A DNA stretch of 64,000 bases from Amphiscolops sp. MND2022 (lineage: Eukaryota). The DNA lies in the NCBI GenBank assembly GCA_964187785.1, contig OZ076409.1:40240001-40304000 (forward strand). The letters run 5' to 3'. Shown in pieces: positions 1 to 12,173 of the stretch (positions within the stretch are counted from its first letter, which is position 1; the number at the start of each line of letters is the position of its first letter). A model generated the notes under the pieces. It was not told where the DNA came from and ran no database searches. It worked only from the letters and a program-made list of their open reading frames with translations. Both the position numbers and the translations under genes were made by a program.

Positions 1-2540
1 GCCGGAGGCTCGGAAACTGGCGTCCGTCATCAGGACGTACTGTCGTCCTGTGATTGGTTGTTTGAGTTCCAAACCGCAAGCTTGCGCCAGTGCTGCGTTG
101 ATAGCTTTGTAATGGTCAAGTAATTCTTCTGTGATTTTGATTTGTTTATCTGCTTTCAACAATTCATAGAATCCGAGTAATTTTTCTGATAATCGCGGGA
201 TGTAATTGCGATAATAATTGACAAAACCAATGTATCTTTGTACCTGCTTTTTTGACTTTGGAAATCGTGCATTTGCCCGAAATTTTTGTATTTTATGATC
301 TTGGGGGGCAATTCCTTGTGGAGTGATTGTTCTTCCGAGAAATTCAACCTCAGTCACCCCGAAATGGCATTTTTCTATGGTTAGTATAAGCCCCGCTTGT
401 CTGATGCATTCGAAAACGGCTTTGATGTTACGTATCAGTTGCGTCACTGAATTGGCTGCGATCCCGATATCATCCACATATTGTGCGCACTGGTCGGCTT
501 TGATCACTTTGTCTAAGTATTCTCTCATGAAACTTGAAAATGCCGACAGAGCCCTGCTCAGTCCTTGTGCTAAGCGTCTGTAGGCAAACGTCCTGCTTGC
601 GAAGTTAAACGCCAGCATTTCAATGGATCTTTGATCTGCCATTTGTAAGCAGTGGTATGCTTGAGAGCAGTCTAATTTGCAAAATAGCTTTTTACCAGCT
701 AGGTGTTGAGCCGCATCTGACAAGGTGCTAACTGGATGGTTATTGTTGATGTAGTCATCTGAGATTAGTGCGTTTATTTTTCGCAGGTCGACAAGTAGAC
801 GCAATTTGCCATTTGGTTTCCTCTGTGCGAAAATTGGCTTGAATACTTTGAAAATGGTAGGGTCGTTATTATGCCGTACCTGTGCATTAGCGCCAATTCG
901 ACTGTTAGGTCTTCTTTCAAAATGATTGGTACCGGCAAACTTTGCGTGTAAATCGGACGCTCGTCTTTCGGAGTTAATTTGACTTTGAAGCTATTGTTGA
1001 TTCCAATGTCAAGGCGATGACGCGCAAAAATGTCGTTGTATTCGATTATTGTTTGTTCAAGTTGCTTCCTGTCATTGCCTTCGATTTGGGAGCCTTCCCA
1101 CTGGAACATGTCAAGGAATTTTTGTCTTGATTCTGGGTCTTTGGTTGGATCTAAGTTTTCCTTTTGGATGAGTTCACGGATTTCCTTCAAGATCCGACGT
1201 TGGATTGGCGTATGTTCTTCTTCGTTTCCTGGATTCTCGGGTGTGGGGAACCAGAAATTTTCATCACCTTGTTCAGTTTCGTTGGCTTTCATAAGCTCGT
1301 TGATGTACATGTGTGTGTCATCAGGATCTTCTAACAATTTGAGTGCGGCGGCGTCAACTGGTCGTATTTGTTTCGTGTCCTCAGGTTTGAGGATTTGTAG
1401 TTCTGCCAGCTTTGTATGATTCTTTATTGTATGTGGGAAATCCGTTAGGTTGGCGATTCTGATGTTGAGCCTTTTGTTATGGGCTGTCGCCAGAGCTGGT
1501 GCAACAATGATTGTTGCTGTTTCATCAAATTGTGGTAGTGGTTGTACCGCACCAGTGACGTCATGCATGTTTGTGGTTATGACTATTGCGTTTACTGTTG
1601 TTGTCTGTTGAGGCGGCAGTGTCTGATGTCCTTCTGCCATTATTTGAAGCGGTTTTGGGTTGCATTTTTTCATTTCGTCTGTCATGGCTAACGTCATTTC
1701 GACGTGCGGGAAATTGATGGTTCCGTTGGCAGTGTCAATTACTGCTTGGTGATTTCTCATGAAGTTCAATCCTATGATAGGGAATGACGTTTTCGATAGG
1801 ATGACGAAGGTATTCGTGAAGGTATATGTTCCAATATTGAACTGGATGTCCGCTGTGGCTATTGGTTGTTCTAGTTGTGCGTTTGCGCATTCGATCTTGA
1901 AGGGGGGTTGAGGGTATTCTTTTATGACACAACTATCACTGTTCATTTTGATTGCGTTGTAATCTGACCAGGACATGGCATTGATGAACGCGCCTGAGTC
2001 GACAAGTCCATCCATTGTTATCTCGCCAAATTCGAGTGGCAAGTACAGCATTCTCCTTCTATTCTTGAGGACTATGGTGGAATGAAGGGGTATGTATGTT
2101 TCTCCATCTTTTTCAGTAACATACTCTTTGATAGAGTTAAGAGATGTGGGGAAATCCTCTGGGAAGATAGGTACTTGGGTGGAGCCATAGGTATCTTCCT
2201 TTGTCTGTGTTGACGATGGTTGGTCGTCGAGGCCGTTTTCGGTTTGTTCTGTTTGGGTTATGACGGATTGTGTTGTATTGGTGAGGGGTGGCTGGATGAG
2301 AAGATTTGGGTGTTGTTTGTGGTCGTCGCCATGATCCTCATCTTGTGTCAGTTCCTTTTCGGTTTGTGTGAGGGGTCTTCGTATGGAAGCGAGTGCTTGA
2401 CGTCTCAGCCAGTCCTCTGTTGGGGTTCCGTCGCATTCTATAGTTGTTTCGTTGGTGTATGTAGTAGGGGGATCATTTGGTGAGTACGCCCTCGCGTCTA
2501 CTGTTTCCCCGAAGCGCAGGCGCGGCGTATCTAGTTTTTT
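1..2540 (-). pseudogene. pol: E1 pol (protease, dUTPase-like spacer, RT, start of RNase H), frameshifted near 840
   Basis: LVDSGA protease motif; QYVDDIGI RT motif at ~460-483; VLMTDASF RNase H motif at ~13-36. Confidence 0.92.
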
Positions 2541-3963
2541 GATTCAATGACAGAGTTGGCTGTCGTTGGTTGGACGGGAACGTCCCTTTTTAATTCCGGG
2601 ATATTGTGACGCTTAGGTCGTGGATCGTTGGCAGAGTTAGCTCCGTTCCAACAATCTTCCGTTTTGTGAGGTTTGCCGCATGTGTCGCATTTAAGCGACT
2701 TGCCTGCACTAGAGTTGGTTTGACCATTGTTCTTCCTGATCTGCATCCATTTATCTCTCTTCATTTTCCTACATTCCGCTTTGTAGTGTCCAAATTTGTT
2801 GCAGTAGAAGCAATATCCTTTTTTGACATTTTGCGTCGTGCTGTCGACTTGTTTGGGTTCAGTTTTTGTTGGGGCCGGTTCTACTTTATTTAGTGGTACC
2901 AGTGTTACTTCATCTGGCGCCCCAAGGCCGTTAAGCCTCATTTTTCTAAGTGTAACACAATGTCATTATATGGCTTGTCTTCGAGATACGCCCTGTTTAG
3001 TATCTTTTTTACATGATCTGGCTTTTTTGCGTATATTGCCTTGTCAATGAATTGTTGGGCTTCAGATCCGAAGGCTTCTTTGGCCGTTTTTTGAAGTATG
3101 TCTAGAAATTCATGGAGTTTCTGGTTCGAGGGGTCAAATCTGAGCGCATCCCATTCGCATCTTGCTTTAGCCGTAGACAGGTAGTCCCCGAAACGTCGTT
3201 TGAATATCGTCATTATTTCGTCAAGGGAATCTTTTTTCGCGTCTTCTATATTGCAAAACGCCTGGAGGGCGTCTCCTTTGAGTAGCGAGTGGAAATAGTT
3301 AATTTTCTGTATTTCCGTGAGATGGGGATACATTTTTATGTTGTTGCGGAAAAGATCTTCGAATAATTCAAATTTTTCCGATTTCCCGTCGAACGTTGGG
3401 AGAGATGCCGTTAGTGCCTTTGGCATGGGCAGCGTTGTGCTGTCACCTTTTTCCGATGTAAACAGGGTCCTTGCCACAACTGGACGTTCTTTTGACGTTG
3501 GCTGACTTTGGGACCGGGCCTTCGTTCTTTTTGGCTGGTTAGTGGAGTCGGTTAAAACTCCTGTCACCATGTTACGACATGCTATCGAGTCGTTTTGAGT
3601 TGAACTTATCCTCACTGACTTTGTAGGGGTATAAAAGTTTCTAGTCTCCTCTTCTACTTCTTCCTCAGTATTTTCCCTGATACTTCCCCTTGTTTCAGGT
3701 TTTAGTAGTTTCAACATCTCTCTCTGGGATTCGGCAAGAAGAGTCTTAATTTCCGATGTTATCTCATCTTTCAAGGATGCCCTTAAACTCTCCAAGAAAC
3801 TATTTTCAATTCGAGGAGATTTTGGTTTGGAAGGACCCGACACGTCTACGTCCTGGTTTGAAGAACACGGATTTTCTACCACTATCGGTGAAATAAAACC
3901 TTCACTTACGTCCTTGTCGCCTTGTTGCTCATTCCTTCTTTTCTGGCTTCTAGTTGTAGACAT
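2531..3963 (-). pseudogene. gag: E1 gag (one frameshift near 2940); two zinc knuckles
   Basis: ORFs 3963-2938 and 2941-2531. PTFDGKSEKFELFEDLF capsid-like motif shared with E2/E3. CFYCNKFGHYKAEC (CX2CX4HX4C) and CDTCGKPHKTEDC. Confidence 0.9.
3558..3569 (-). promoter_or_regulatory. Primer binding site of E1 (TGGTGACAGGAG), probably tRNA-Leu
   Basis: Directly after LTR end and identical in E2 and E3. One mismatch from the complement of the typical eukaryotic tRNA-Leu 3' end (TGGTGTCAGGAGT). Confidence 0.8.
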
Positions 3964-6058
3964 TTTGAAGAAAAGCTTTATCTTGAAGAATTGATTTTTC
4001 CAAAGATAATTTTCAACAAAGTTAGCTGAGATTAGAGTTTAGCGAAATTGAGAATTCAACTGAATTAAACAATTGCAAAAGACTGAGTCCCTGAGTCAAT
4101 GAAAATCATCCTATATATACCCTCCTAGCATCATTTGATCACGATTAAAATCCTAATTTTCCTCGAACAATTAGTCATTTCCTGTATTTTCGATGAAAAA
4201 ATCATTTTGTTCCCAATTTTACGTCGATAACTCGTCAATTTTTGAGACACGACAATTTCAATCTAGCATTAGTCATCAACCACGATCATATCATTTCAGC
4301 TCGGCGTCCTTTGCTTTCCTCCCAAGCAGGAAGTAGATATTACTTCAGTCTGTCAAACCGGAAATGATTCCCTGTTTTACTGCTTTGGTTCGTAGGAAAA
4401 TGACGCGGAGGTGACGCTGACGTGAACAACTAATACCTGATTTTGAATTTTTACTTGAAGGAAATGCTATGACTAATGTTTTCAGCTTTGGAATTTCCAA
4501 TGATGCTAGGAAAAGTAAAGACAAAGCTATGGAATTAGCTTCAATTTTTGAGTTGAATTCCCAATTCAGATAAATAGTAATTAAACCAAATTAACGTAAC
4601 ACCAACGTTTACATTAGAAAACTAGAATGATTTGGCAACAGCTCTTGGCTACTACAAAATTGGCTGAAAAGGTGGACGGAGCTATGACGTATTAAAATCA
4701 AAGGTATTAACGAGTATGAATTTCATAATTGAATTCATTCGTACTCGAGTTTAAACTTTGACGTCTTAACGTCGTTGGACCGAACTAATAAAAGTGAAAC
4801 AGTCAGTTGCCAAAAGTGGTATGAAAATGATCACAATGAGATGTATAAAAACAACAACAAGCACAGTTATATTGGGGGAGAAACACGAACATGAATATTA
4901 CAAAAATATGACCTCATTATTAAAATATAATCTTTGCTGGTTCATAGCCCATAACTTTTCAGATACGTCAGGTTGACGTCAGGTTACACACAATCATATT
5001 TATGGTCTGCTTCAAACAGCATAAAATGTACATTAATAGCATTCCCCCTTTGGAATAAACTGTGACTTTAATTATGAAGAACATGGAAATCCTAATCGGG
5101 TCATTTTACAATGTGATTCCAAAAGATTAGTATTTTTATTGACGGGAACAGGACGTAAATTATCAAGTTTTATCCTTAACCTCGTAGAGTTCAAAAACAT
5201 CTTTAAACGTTTCTTTTCCGTCAAATCCGACATATTAATATTCATTCTACTGAATTGGATGGATTAAATCGACTATTTTGATGGATTTCGGACGTAACGT
5301 GGACGTACGTATTAAGATTGGCTATAGACCGCCGGCATTGGACGTAACGCGGACGTAAATTTGAAGTAAGAATTAGTCCGCGCCGAGAAGGCAATACCGT
5401 GACGTCACTATGGCGGAAAATTGGAATGATTTTAAGTAGTGTCACTAATATAGGCGGTAAATTGGAATGGTTGTCTAGTGAGCGCGGACGGAACGGTGAC
5501 GTCACATTATATACTTTCAAGTCTGCTTCTTACCGACGCCTAATATACATGTATCCTTTATTTTGTTTACCTAGCGCAGTGCCGACGTCCTAATCCGCAC
5601 TAATTGCTGTTCAAAGAGCAATTAAGCCGCCTTTCTTAGAAAAGGAGTATATATTTCAGTGTGTCATCTCAATGTACTTTCTATTTTAGATCCAGATAAT
5701 GTCCTTTTTCCAGTGGTGATTTTGGGTATGTTTTCGTTTAGATCGGTCTATGGTCTTTATTTCAAGACGTATACTTAATTAAGTTTTCAGGTGGCGAAAT
5801 GTTTCTATTTTGACGAGATGAAAACGTCCTGCCGGAAGTGTGTGAAATCATTTTGGCTCATTTTAGTTTCTGTTCTCATTTTCATTTAAACTTTTGCGCA
5901 AGCTAGACGTACTTTTAGTCACAGTTTATTCTAACATTAGTATGAAAGTTCAAGTCAGTAGCCAAAATACCTTTTCGAAAGTTTCGCCGTACAGCCGTGT
6001 CCTCGTCCGAACCCAATCCGTCTACATCCACAATCCAGTCCAGTAGCGGACTGTGACA
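3570..6058 (-). repeat. E1 5' LTR (~2.49 kb), contains TATA (4112-4119) and first 131 gag codons
   Basis: Inner end fixed by the PBS. Outer end inferred from the TGTCACAG motif shared with other families. Partner LTR is outside the window, so no TSD check is possible. Confidence 0.7.
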
Positions 6059-7279
6059 GTTAGTTATCTAAAAGTTGTATATGTTAGTTATAGTGACCAC
6101 TGACTCAGAGAAAAGAAACTAAAGAAGCAGAAAGAAGTTTCAAAAGTTTACTAATGAATACAATGCACTGAAAAAACGGCTTGAGCAAACCTAACTAAAA
6201 ATGTATGAAATGTTGCTTAAAAAAATCAGGAAAAATGTACCATGGGAAATACCTCAAATACAAACAAACCGGAGTTTTTGGCAGAAAAGCAAAAACTCTT
6301 GCTTTTACATTACAAATTGAGGTGAGTTTCAATAGAATTGTCAATTTAGGACATCTGTAACGTAGGCGCAGAATTGATTGGAAACAAACTACATGTTTCT
6401 GTCAGAAAAAATGTCCAGGTTGCTCTCTGGTTATAAGAAAAAACTGTAATTTCAAAAAAAAATTGACGTTACGAAGCTTTGTTCTATTGTTTTCGCAACA
6501 CCCATCCAATATTTTGAACAAGACCGTTTTTTATTATAATTTTTACTGGAAAATAGTGGCGAGTTTTCAAAATTAAGAAATAGTAACCAGATTTGCAATT
6601 TTGATTGACAAGTGTGCACTTTGGTTAAAGAATACACAGTACGTTTACCGATTATTTGTGATGGAGGACTACTAATTTTCAGACTGTCTTCTAATGGTCT
6701 ACTGCACGAAGAAAGTAGGGCTTTTTGACGAAGGAGCCTCAGATAATTTTGCCCTAAATTGGGGCTAACCAAAGTATTATTACGCTACTTCGCTCTCAAT
6801 GTTTATAAATTATATGTATAACCTCGCACTTTGAGAACTTGGGTTAAGAACAAAATTTTGTGATGTTTTATGGAAAGTGATATCCAAGATCTGAAACAGC
6901 CTAAAGAACAGAAATCAAGCATGTGAACTATTGAAATCCAATGATTCAAAAGAAAAACCTACTTTATCTACACCACCGAACTTTTTAAATAACATTAAAG
7001 AGTTGTTATGTATGTTGGTAAAAGGACCTTGGACAAATTGAGGAAGCCTTAAGCCATGGAACACTGGAAAGTATATGAAAAATGGAAGAAATTTTTGAGT
7101 TTTTCTTTGTATCTACTATAGTCAAATCTAATATAAAACAATAGTGAAGATAATGATACTGATTCCTTGCCAATTAACTGAGCCGGAACAGTCGATTCTT
7201 CAGAATCATTTTGAACTACGTGAATGTAAGTTCCAGAATTTTTCTACTCAATGTGGCATATCGGCGAGGTCTTGAAAGT

Positions 7280-7434
7280 ACTCCGAAACAGTTGCGTGAA
7301 GTACTTGAAAGAGCTCCGATCAGTTGAATGCAAGTTTTATATCATTGCTGAACAGTTAACTGTTCAGCAATGATATAAAACTTGCATTCAACTGATCGGA
7401 GCTCACCAAGTACTTCACGCAACTGTTTCGGAGT
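7280..7434. repeat. Spacer-less fold-back palindrome centred on GTTAAC (7355-7360)
   Basis: 7311-7357 is the exact reverse complement of 7358-7404. Arms extend to 7280/7434 past a small indel. Confidence 0.95.
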
Positions 7435-8480
7435 CGGACAATTGTCGGCTCAATTAATTGGCACGGAAGTTCCCACGGAAGAACAACACAACTAAGAGAA
7501 ACAGAAGACCCCGAAGCATCCTTTCTGAAGACTACATCGTGTCTTCGCAAACTCATGCAAGAGAACGCCAAGCTGTCATTACCAAAATGCAAAATTTGGA
7601 TGGCGATTCATTCGTTTTCAGTCGGCGTTTCCATTAGAAAAACTCGACTATATCAGTGTCGTTATTCAAAGACCACCGAACTGACAGACTATTTAGGCTT
7701 TTCTATGAATTGTGACAACTTAGTAACTTCTAATTGCCACGTGGCCTAGAGGTTAACCCGATTTTTCCGAGGTCTGGGAATCAGGAGTACGTGGGTTCAA
7801 CGCTCGCACTAAAGCAAAAGAAGACGGGAGACCAGAGGGTCCACCCTTTTGTTTTTCGGCACTATGCGTTTTACAGAAGAATTTTTTGAAAGAAGTTTTG
7901 GAAATTTTTTGGAAACATAATTTTTTGATGTTATTGGTTGAGAAAAAGCGTTTTGCCAGTCTTAAAGATGACATCTTTGATTTATTGTGGTCGTGTGGGA
8001 CTAACGAGAGTTTTCTCAATAAGTTATTCCGTAAAAGACCAATGGCTTTTTTCGGCACTATGCGACATTCTTTCGAAACATTTTTTTTTGGTCAAACGTT
8101 ACCTCCTCTCATTTAGGAATGTTTTTGTCCGAATAGAGCGTTTTGCAAACTTGAAAAGTCTTCGTTGATTTCACAAATTAGGTGCATTGAGTAGAGGAGA
8201 TCAGTTTTCGAGTTTTACGGGTACCTTTTCGAGGGTGTTTTTTGGATACTTATCTGAGAATGCCATTATTCCTATCGGTAATTTCGACGGAAATTTACTG
8301 AATAATACCCATATTGCATATTTTAAGAATCTTTGTGTTACGACGACTGACTAACGGAGTTTAACTAGTGACAGCCGTTTTGGCTCTTAAGGGAGCTGAA
8401 GTAGGTGCTAAGAAGGTTCTAAGGTTCAGAATCAGAGTCTCCTAGGTTTTGTAGGTTAGAAGATTTCTTGACAGAAGGGG

Positions 8481-9741
8481 TATCAGTTTTAACATCATGA
8501 TCTCCTTTTGACTCTCAGCAATGATTTTGGTGAGATTGGACATTGAGACGTTTTGATCTCGTCGAGATTTTCAAAATGTAGTCTAGGGGATTTACTAGAA
8601 GCCGCTACGAGGTTCTCTGTCGGATTATTCTCAGCTAATCTAGAATACAAAACAACAGAAATTTAAGGAGTAGCACCATAGTAAATACGGTTTGTTGAAA
8701 TTGTATTACCCATGTATGAATTGAGCTTGCAAGTTTAATTCAGCAACAAGTATTCGTCTTCTCGACGAGAATATAAAATGTTTCCAACACTTTTAACTAA
8801 AATTGCGACACTTTCAAATGGACATGCTTCTTCACGAACACCATTGGCGTTGACCTTACATTGCATTTCGATTCATCTACTAAAAAAATCGAATAACATG
8901 TTGAAACATTCAATCACGATTCTAAGGAAAGCATGTAGCGTAAGGTCAGCGTGTTTTCATGATTAGTGCTGTCATACATTTTGAAATATTGATTTCGCGT
9001 TATAAAGGACTCCTTTTGGGAACATAAAAAGATCTTCATGCTTTACCTTACAACACAGCTTTTGATTTGACCTATTCAATTAGGATAGTCATTCGAAACC
9101 TCTGAACTTCATCACTTCTTGAGGAAACTTTTTTCCAATATACGTCTAAATCTCCTTTTTCAGAGAGAGAGGGTATTAAAATTGCAACGAGGTTTCTCCA
9201 TGTGTACTAAGTTGAGATATAGTTGACCACCGGTTGACGGAGGGTTTGCAGCGAAAGTATTCAAACTCACTAGTTAGCGACGACACAAAAATAGTTACTA
9301 TTGACATGAGCGCAAATACATCAACCAGGTGGTAATGCTATTGGTCCATTGAGCTTTTATTACAACATATCAACCTCACTGCGCGGTCATACATTAGGTC
9401 GTATAAATTTGCTGAGATTACATACTTGTAACTTTGGTAAGTTTTGACAACCCCTTCGAACTAAAACTGTTATTCTGTTTTGGGTACGTATTTCATTTTG
9501 GGTTGTACGTTATCCGTTGGGATCACGGACTTAAATGTTGTCAGTATTTGATTTCAGAATGAAGAGGAATAGTTTTCTTCTTGGATTCTATGTCTCTGTT
9601 TTGATATTTAGATCGATATGGAAATTGTCCAAGAAGTAAAACCGGAAGCGAAAGATAATTACACGCGAAATGTTAGATCGTTATCAGTTTTAACATCATG
9701 ATCTCCTTTTGAATCTCAGCAATGATTTTGGTGAGATTGGA
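8481..9741 (+). repeat. 60-bp direct repeat pair (8481-8540 and 9682-9741)
   Basis: TATCAGTTTTAACATCATGATCTCC...GTGAGATTGGA present twice with one mismatch. Confidence 0.85.
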
Positions 9742-11510
9742 TATGATCTCTTTGCTGAGAGACGTTTTGTGAAAATTTGTCAATTTTTCGTAAGATTTTT
9801 GTGGTTAGAATGTGAAATGATCAACAAGGAAAGCATTCGTTGCACAGTAGTTTGTTATGGAATTCTAATTTCAGTTTTTCAAAATCAAAATGACCCAAAG
9901 TGTATGCTGAAATTACGTTTTACTGATAATATATGATCCTAAAATGACAAAAAGTATAAAATTTCCAAATTTTTACCGTTTTTGCAATTTTTTTCAATCT
10001 TTTGACAGACTTCGTGGATAAGTATGTTAAAATGTTCAACAAGGGAAGGATTCGCTGCCGATTAGGCTTAGTGAGGAGATGAAGGCAGTTTTCCGAATGG
10101 AAAAGCACCGACTTGACACCGAGAAAGACAAAAGTTCTAAATTCATTGATTTTAAACACTGTTATTTAGTTTGTCAACTTTTTGGTAGTGTTCACTGTTT
10201 ACAATGTTAAAACTGTTCAACAAAGGAAGAACTCGTTGTCCAGTATGCTTCAGTGAACCGACTAATACAGTTTGTAATAAGAAACTGCCTCATTTTGACC
10301 CCGAAAATGTCAAAAATCAACCATTTTAAAATTGAAAGAACTAATTATGCAGTGTGCAGCACTTTGTTTAAAAATACTCCAGAATGACTACAAACGAAAT
10401 TCGGGAAACCTGAAAAATACAAAATTTTCACAGTTTTCTGCAGTTTTAAGTTCTTTTGGAAATGTATTGAAGTCAGATTATAGCAACCGTTCAACAATAA
10501 TTGAACTCGTTACTCAGTAGGCTTTTTCGAAGGCATATTTGCAGACTTCTGTTGGCAAATGCCTCAAATCGACAGCGATTAGTCAAAAATGTCAAAACTT
10601 TTGCCGACTTTGGACATTTTAACAATTTTTTTTCGGATTGGTAACACTTGGTAGCGTGAAAGCTTCAAAAAGGCTCCAGTTGATAATACTAGGTTCCCAG
10701 CACGCATATTAGAGGGAAACGTGCAGTTTTATGGTCGAAAAATACCTCTGAATCAATATGCGTTTTCTTCTTTCTTTCGAAGGTATTTGCTTTTTGCATT
10801 TTTGTAGTCCATCAGCAGCTATTCAGCCTCAGAATTATGTCGTTGTAGAATAATTTTGGTGCGAAAAGTCTCTCACGGGTCAGCAGGATTTCTCTGAAAT
10901 CGTAGTTTCAGTTGTTATGGATAAGATTTTTTTTCAGCGACATACGGTTTACTGATCGATGTGTAATTTTTGTCGATGTAATCTTCTATCAGAATTGCGT
11001 AGAGGGTGGCTGCGAAACTTGCGTCAGTCTTCGGCGCTATTTTTTGTTACGTGTCCATGATGCTTTTTCGAAGAAGGAAACGCAAAGCAAAAAGACGTTT
11101 TCCCAAAGCAAAAGGAGCATATTGAGACCGAAATTGACAAAAACTCCAATAGGTTCGAGGTTTTTACATTTTGTTTTGAAATATCTGTCATTTTTCCGGT
11201 GGACTTCGCGTGTTAGAAAAAAGAAGAAAAAGAAATGTTCAACAAAGAAAATTGTGTTGCCCAGGAGGCTTGTTTCAACGAATTAATACAGAAAAAAAAT
11301 CTCAATTTGAGACAGAGATTGACAAAAAACCCAAAAATTTCAAATACATTTCTTTTTTCTGCAATTTTTTAAACCTGGCCTAAAAGTTTGAAATGGTAAA
11401 AAACATGAATTTAGAGTCAAGAGGTTCGTTTGAAGACATAAATGCAGTTTTGTAAAAGAACAAAATGCCTCAATTCAAAGTGAATTTGAAAGAAACTCCA
11501 AAAGTTTCTG

Positions 11511-12173
11511 TTACTTTGTTTTTTTATTGCAATTTTTTGTCAACTTTTGAAGACTTCGCGTATTGAAGAGTAAAAACGTTAAACATGAAAAGAGTTCATT
11601 GTCCATGTGATAATCCTCTTCATCGGATTCTTCATTCGAAAGTATTGTTGCATCTACGTCAGATTCATTTTGGAATAAAGGTTTTACGGGTTGTTTTAAG
11701 TCTTTCATTTTTGAAGCCCTGAGAGGATAATTGTTGCTTTCGAAAGCTGAATTTTCGTTGTTAGATGCGTGAATTTCGATAGACTGTACTTTTTCGGATC
11801 CCAAAAATTGCCTATTTTGCATTACGTTCAATTCAGATCTTGGGTTCGTTACTGTTGATGCAGTTTTGTTAGATTTAACCTCTTTCGAAATTGCTTCAAA
11901 TTTTTTAGCCATTTCTTCTCTTATCTTTTCAATCTTATCATCGTTCTTTTGCTCCATTATTTGAGTCCAAACTTGGATTTCGTTGCTGAACTGACTGGGC
12001 TCAGCCAACTGGTTTTCTGAGTTATTTTCACCTAAACTTTCATGAACATTGACGTTAAAATTAGTTAAAGTTGCATTTTCTGGGTCGAGTGTTTCTACTT
12101 GTGTTTCACTTAATCTTCTGTCAGGAGATGGTGTTCCCAATCTTCTGGACCTTTTGTTCCTCTTGTTTCTCAT
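11511..12173 (-). CDS. LTR-encoded Gag N-terminal segment of E4 (189 codons) running out into flanking DNA
   Basis: MRNKRNKRSRR basic start and a coiled-coil-like middle. Ends EEDYH|M exactly at the LTR terminus, in the same phase as E1/E2/E3. Confidence 0.7.
   Translation of the reverse strand: MRNKRNKRSRRLGTPSPDRRLSETQVETLDPENATLTNFNVNVHESLGENNSENQLAEPSQFSNEIQVWTQIMEQKNDDKIEKIREEMAKKFEAISKEVKSNKTASTVTNPRSELNVMQNRQFLGSEKVQSIEIHASNNENSAFESNNYPLRASKMKDLKQPVKPLFQNESDVDATILSNEESDEEDYHMDNELFSCLTFLLFNTRSLQKLTKNCNKKTK

Larger units (their letters stand above)
1..6058 (-). mobile_element. E1: 5' half of Ty3/Gypsy-type LTR retrotransposon (5'LTR-gag-PR-RT-start of RNase H; continues beyond window start)
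   Basis: Minus strand begins TGTCACAGTCCGC at 6058 (compare E2 TGTCGCAG, E3 TGTCACAG). LTR ends ..GTAACA at 3570, followed directly by PBS TGGTGACAGGAG. gag and pol are homologous to E2/E3. Confidence 0.9.

Noticed and set aside
323..1419. ORFs antisense to pol and gag (e.g. 323-583, 1030-1419, 19703-20659, 47858-50463)
   Set aside because: Shadow frames of conserved pol codons with no independent motifs.
6100..11500. Short ORFs (60-124 aa) in AT-rich intergenic DNA
   Set aside because: Low-complexity K/F-rich translations with no motifs; consistent with chance or decayed repeats.
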